A stretch of DNA of 64,000 bases from the human T2T-CHM13v2.0 reference genome, Homo sapiens. Position 1 is the first letter of the stretch. Each line of letters starts with the position of its first letter. Below are positions 58,506 through 64,000 of the stretch, piece by piece. Below the pieces are notes generated by a model. It was given only the letters and a program-made list of their open reading frames with translations, searched no databases and was not told the origin of the DNA. A program made the translations under genes and the position numbers. Location: assembly GCF_009914755.1 (NCBI RefSeq), contig NC_060931.1; one strand, written 5' to 3'.

Positions 58506-59978
58506 ATGCATGTGCATGTACAGCTGTGGGTCCCACCTACTTAGATAGCTGGCCTGGCTGGGGGTCAGTGATTAAAATGCGCTGTAGCATGGCTGCCTAT
58601 ACAAGGGCGCCCTCTACATGGATAAGAGGGAGAGTTTATTTTTGAGATGACCTAGGGGGAGGGAAGGGAGGAGGCCTGGAGTAGGGGTGGGAGGGAGTAC
58701 AGTACAGCCTTTTCTGTTAAAAACATCCACGTCCTGAACAAAACCTAAGAACCACTGTGCTGGTATAATTACAGTCTTCAAGCCACAATTCATGTGAACG
58801 CACAGGTCCAATTTTGTGCTGGGAATTAGTTGGAAGTCTGGCCTGGAGGCATTCTCTCAGCTTCTGCAGATTGGAAGTGGTTTTCTTCTGGCTGAGCGCA
58901 CTGATACGGACACCACACCATGAAGGAGAACTGGGAGAACAACCCCACTGTCCGCCTTCATCCATTTGTTCATTTGTTCATTCAATGGTTGTGGAGTGTC
59001 TGTTCTGTGAGAACCCCCATGTTGGGTGCTGGAGGGGATATTAAAAGGTATTCTGCTTCCCAAATTGGATGATATATTTCCAGGTGCCAACCAGGTAAGG
59101 GCTCAAATTACTTGTTGCTTAATGTTTAAACATTTAAGACTACCTAGAGAGTGCAGGCTAATGCTGCTGACATGTACACTTCATGGGTCCCAACTTCCAT
59201 ACTTAAATCAGCAAGGATTCATTGCAGGGGAAAAAAAACAATATATAAGACAAACTACCTTATCTCAGTAAGAGGCATGGCCTGCATTTTACAGCGAGGG
59301 AAAAGTGGGCATCATCTAGGACTTGCCTCTTCTTTGTCCTCTAGGGGAACTGTCCCAGTTCCAGGTGCTGAAAAGGGAGCTTAATATGGCAGGTGATTAT
59401 TCTTTTCAAAGTTAAGACAGTCTGAGCTCAGCTTCCGGGCAAACTGCTGCAGTGAGGAAGAGGAACAGGAACAGGTGCTCAGCACTCTGGCTGGCAGAAA
59501 CAGCTCAGTGATGGAGAATCTGGGTTAGGTAAGACATGGATGTCAGAGCAGGCAGATACCTGGCATCAATAAAGTCAGTCAGCAGGTATAAGTCCTGTAG
59601 GTGCTACTTTGGCATTCCAGACTGAATGAGTGAACTCCCAGGGAGGACTCTTAGCCAAAGGAAGAAAAGCCCCAGCTTTACAAGAAATTTGGAATAGAAG
59701 GGTATTAGAATAAGAAATAGACAATGGTGGCTGAGAGAGGAGCCCACTTATAAAAACCAGGGCACACAAGGCAGGTGTGCTATGCCCAGAAGAAGGTGGG
59801 AGGCTGTTATAGTCAGAGCACCAGTCACAAACAGTGATTGGGTTTGATCCTGGATTTTGGGGGATGGGTGTTCTGAAGATGGGGAGGGCAGCAGGAAGGT
59901 GGCTGGGAGCAAGGATGGGGTAACAGAGCAAGTAACCAAGTTCATGTTGTGTGATGAAAGTCCTACCAGCGTCAAGGG

Positions 59979-60145
59979 CAGTGCTTCCCAGATGGGGTCC
60001 ATTGCCTGGAAGTGTCTGCATTATCTGGGGACTTGTTTGAAATGCAAATTCTTAGAGCCCAGCCTAACCTACTGAGTCAGAATCTCTAAGGGTGGGACCC
60101 AAGAATCTGTAAGACCTTTAACACATGAAGGTTTGAGAGCTCTTG
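59979..60145. mobile_element. MER5-type hAT MITE
   Basis: aaatgcaaattctt...cctactgagtcagaatctct...gtgggacccaagaatctg. Confidence 0.75.
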
Positions 60146-60489
60146 GTCTGGAGAGCATTGGTGTGGATCATAGTGGTCAGAGAAGGGTCAGGGCAGGAGA
60201 GCATGGGTAGGCTTGGGATGGGAGATGGAATATAGCAAATTAGCACAACCTCTCAGGGAAGCAGGACCTGTATTTGTGTGCTGTCTGTTTACTGGCTATA
60301 GATTTGGTAATTTACTTTCCTTCCATATTTCTTGTGGTTAGTTGAATACAACAGCATGGAAGAGGGAGGTGATTTTTTGTTTTGTATTGTGTGTGTTAGC
60401 TAAGGGAATCTTCCTAATATCTAGCCTCCAAATCTCTATCTTATGTTTTTGATGTACTCCTTTAATGGGAAACAGGATTCAAGCCCCAT

Positions 60490-60720
60490 GGAGTCCAGCA
60501 GATATTGGATTGAGTTCCACCTCTGCCACTGTCTAGGTATATGACTCTTGGAAACTATTTAAGTGGTTTGACCTCAGTACACTCATTTGTAAAGCAGAGA
60601 TGGTAATACCTGCCTTGAGGATTAATATAAAGTTTAAATTAGGTAAAATAATTCATGCACAATCTCTGAGTAAGTTTGCAAAGTCTGATGCCAGCCAACA
60701 TGAGAAGCTATTATTATTGG
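60490..60720 (+). mobile_element. MIR
   Basis: ctctgccact...cctcagt...ctcatttgtaaa...gtaatacctgcc. Confidence 0.7.
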
Positions 60721-61914
60721 AAGGCAGGGGTCCCATACTGAGGTCCCATGGGAGCTGGGGGGAATGCCTCTGAAATGACATTTCATCAACTCAGGGGCTT
60801 TTCTGTTTGACTCTGTGCAACCTGTGCAGGTGAATTGGCCTTGTATGTGGCTGTTTGTCTTGGTGAGTGTTGGGGGTTTGCTGTCTGCACAGGTATGTGT
60901 GATGGGAGCTTGCATTAGGTGTTTACAATGTAGGAGTAGAAAGTGGCTGACTATTATTTACTGGCAAGTGTAGCATATTGTGAAAGGAGTTTCAGGGCAG
61001 AGAATTATCAGTGTTTGAGGTCCTCAGTGTGGTAGCAGCAGCAGAAGCAGCTCTTTAATTTATCAGTTGTGCCCAATAAGAATGCAATTTAGACACAAAC
61101 AGTCTCTAAAAGAAGATTTATGTACTTAGTGTCTAAAAAGTAACATTTCAGAGCTTTGAAGATAAATACAATGTGAGTACAACGTATTGAAATTGTTGAG
61201 GGGAACCAAAAGACTCGCCTGTCTAGCCCGGCCCTGCCTTCCGTTTGCTATGATCAGATCCTCTTCTATTCTATTTCAGATGTGTGAAAACACACATCTG
61301 AAAGGAGGATGCTGCAAGAATGTTGGACATAGAGAGAAAGGAGGGCCCAACAATAGGATAAGAGCTGCGGTTAGGGTGGAGGGGAGGCCATAGAGGTGAC
61401 ATTACTATACTGTATTACTATCCCCTTATTTTCATCTCTTTGCTCTGGTTCTGGTGCTGGCTATGTCATAGATTGGATTATGGGATTATGGAGTTGGGGT
61501 TACCAGGCAGAGCTAAGATGTTTGGGGTGCATGGAAGGGCCTCTTCAGATGATTCTGAGAGGAGAACCCCTTCCTTTCTTAGGCTTTGGAGCTGATGTTC
61601 TCTGCTGTTTTCACTCTTTTTTTTTTTTTTTTTGTATTTCCCTGATATCTAACTCTGGTTTAACTTTGGAGGTCATAGCCAAGAGGCCTGCAGGCTTCTG
61701 GGTCATTCTGGCTTGCCTAGAGTAGTTGTGCATGGAATTCAGCCTTCCACGTGCTGAGCTAGAGTTCTGGGAGTTTGGGGGTGGGGATTGAAAGCCTAGT
61801 GGTACTTATCTTGTTTCACTCTCTATGCATATCCATCTGAGGAGCCTTCTGGGGAAGGTTGGCACAGAATACAGTTCAAACCTTCCTAGGTCCTTTACAA
61901 TTCAACGTTCCAAT

Positions 61915-62478
61915 CAGCACCATCCAATAGAACTCCCTGTAGTGATGGAAATATTCTGTAAGTCTGCGTGATAGCCACAAGCCACAAGTGGCTACTGAAC
62001 CCTTGAAATATGACTATTTCAACTGAGGAACAGAATTTCAAATTTTACTTATAAACTGACGTGGTTTGGCTGTGTCCCCACCCAAATCTCACCTTAAATT
62101 GTAGCTCCCATAATTCTCACCTGTTGTGGGAGGGGCCGGTGGGAGATAATTGAATCATGGGGGCGGTTTCCCCCATAATGTTCTCATTGTAGTGAATAAG
62201 TCTCACGAGATCTGATGTTTTTATAAAGCGTTTCCCGTTTTGCTTGGCTCTCATTCCCTCTTGTGTGCTGCCATGTTAAGACGTGCCTTTTGCCTTCTGC
62301 CATGATTGTGAGGCCTCCGTAGTCATGTGGAACTGTGAGTCCATTAAACCTGTTTTTCTTTATAAATTACCCAGTCTTGGTTATGTTTCCATCAGCAGAG
62401 TGAAAACAGACTAATACATAAACCAACTTAAATTTGTGTGTGACACATGGCCAGCAGCTACCATATCAGACAGAGCAG
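61915..62478. mobile_element. MER3 (hAT-Charlie) split by a THE1 LTR
   Basis: tccaatagaact...gatggaaatattct...agccacaagtggcta...actgaggaac; resumes with cacatggccagcagctaccata. Confidence 0.8.
62057..62418 (+). mobile_element. THE1C/D-like solo LTR
   Basis: TG...CA termini; perfect 5-bp TSD TAAAC (62052-62056, 62419-62423). Confidence 0.95.
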
Positions 62479-64000
62479 TTCCAAACAAGCAGTGCTTGTA
62501 TTTCTTTTACGGATTCGATCTCCAAGTTATAGACTCTTGATTACAAGCATTCATACATTAGAAACAAAACTTTATAGGTGACCTGGATGCCCCAGCCATT
62601 TTTGGGGTATAGGAATGCACATTTCCTTGAGTTCCCAGATTCTTGCTCACCACTCAGCCCTTGGGCTCTCAGCAGCCCCAATCCCAGAGCTACTTGGGGT
62701 GTTACTAGGCCTTTCTGTCAATCTGTGTCCTCTGCAAGTAAGGAGAGAGAGGCAGCAGGGCAAAGATCTCAACATTTACCCAAGCCAACTCTGGGCCAGG
62801 CTGTCGCAGGCTGAGTTCCCTGGGAAGTGGACTCAGATGGAGTTCAGTTCCTTAGGACTCATGCCTGTAGAAGGGCAGGGGAGGAATCAGGTTCTGGCAG
62901 AAGGAGAAGTCAGGCTGGGATGTGGGTGCGATGACACCCCTTGGAGAGCTCTCGTCCTAGAGCGACCCTTCAAAGTCTCCTGAATGAGGTTGAAATGGCT
63001 GGGTCTTTACACTCCCACATTGGGCACTTCTTGGATATAGGCACTGGAAGTGGAGTGACCTTGAGTATGTGGCTCTGGGTGTATGAGCAATCTCTAAAGG
63101 GATTGACCGCTAAAGGTTGACAGCCTTTCTAGAACCTGGCAGCAAGTCTTTCCTTGCAGGGAGGTCTGGAAGGTGCACCACAGTGCCTACCATGCGGGCA
63201 TTTGTCTGATGCAATCAAGGTTGCCAGTGATGGAATTGAGACAAGAGATCTAATACTTCCCCCAGAGCTACAAGAAGAGGCAGGACTAGAATCCAGACAG
63301 TTGTGACTGCAAAATTCATGCTCTTTCCTTACCGCCAGGGAGCCCCACACATATCTCGTGCGGCAGGCCTACTGCCCTTCTCTTCTCCCAAAGGACCTCC
63401 CTGCTCCATCCTTCACCCCTCCCCCACCATAGGCTCTATCTTATTATCTAAAGTAAGTGAAGAACCCTTCTCTTTGTCCATTTGTTCAAAAGAAATGAAA
63501 GAAAGCTATTTATTTTCCACTTCTCAGTTTTTCTTTTTCATTTAATTACTGCTATCACAACAGGAATTTTTTTTTCTATTCCTTTTCATTGCAAATGTAT
63601 AGTACTTCATTGACATTATGAGTTAAATAGGCTTTTGTGGATAGCTAGAAACCCAGTCATCATTTATAACAGACAGGACTTCTCTGGAAATGGGTTCTGA
63701 ATTCTAAATAATTGCCTCAACAAATGAGATTTTGGAATGGAATTCATTGCAAAGCTGGAGACTTACATCTTTCTATTTTCCAGTCAGTTTTGCCTCTGAA
63801 TGGGCTTGCCATCTCTGCCCCCTACCCCAGCTACATCTGTCATTTTTAGACTGGATCCCCCAAATTGGATACCCTCAACTCCCATGATGAACGTTCAGAT
63901 TTCTCTGTCCCTTGTAGCCAGCCCCTGATACAAGATCGATGTTTGCCCCTTGATGTGCCCTGTGTAGGCTTGTATGAAGTCCAGAAACCCAACCAAGGGA

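Noticed and set aside
58607-58620. CTCF-like motif (minus strand catgtagagggcgc); a similar one near 36520
   Set aside because: Mismatches in the 5' core; cannot be supported without ChIP data.
61255-61400. Possible cryptic exon after the acceptor ctcttctattctatttcAG
   Set aside because: No strong donor and no recognisable peptide; such motifs are common in long introns.

Overview
Primate (very likely human) genomic DNA, almost all intronic and rich in repeats. The only host coding sequence I can support is one 114-bp internal exon on the + strand (50757-50870). It encodes (G)[37 protein letters not shown](H), which I recognise from memory as TMEM178B (claudin/PMP22-like tetraspan, probably exon 2, human 7q34). 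The supplied ORF track misses it. The rest is large flanking intron holding Alus, L1 fragments (all those recognised are antisense to the gene), L2/MIR/CR1 relics, MaLR and ERV1 LTRs, DNA-transposon MITEs and microsatellites. The long ORFs are L1 or THE1 remnants or chance. I find no new multi-gene system. The best unexplained structures are at sequence level: (1) an ungapped 74-bp inverted pair of L2 3' ends that are 92% identical to each other (9971-10456); (2) a 33-bp element present once inverted and twice direct (19433-20676); (3) a perfect 43-bp duplication enclosing a 47-bp insert apparently copied from an Alu 2.7 kb away (55695-55827); (4) inverted Alus bracketing the symmetric exon; (5) a spaced, non-canonical REST/RE1 motif. 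Repeat subfamily names come from recalled consensus sequences and need RepeatMasker/Dfam confirmation.
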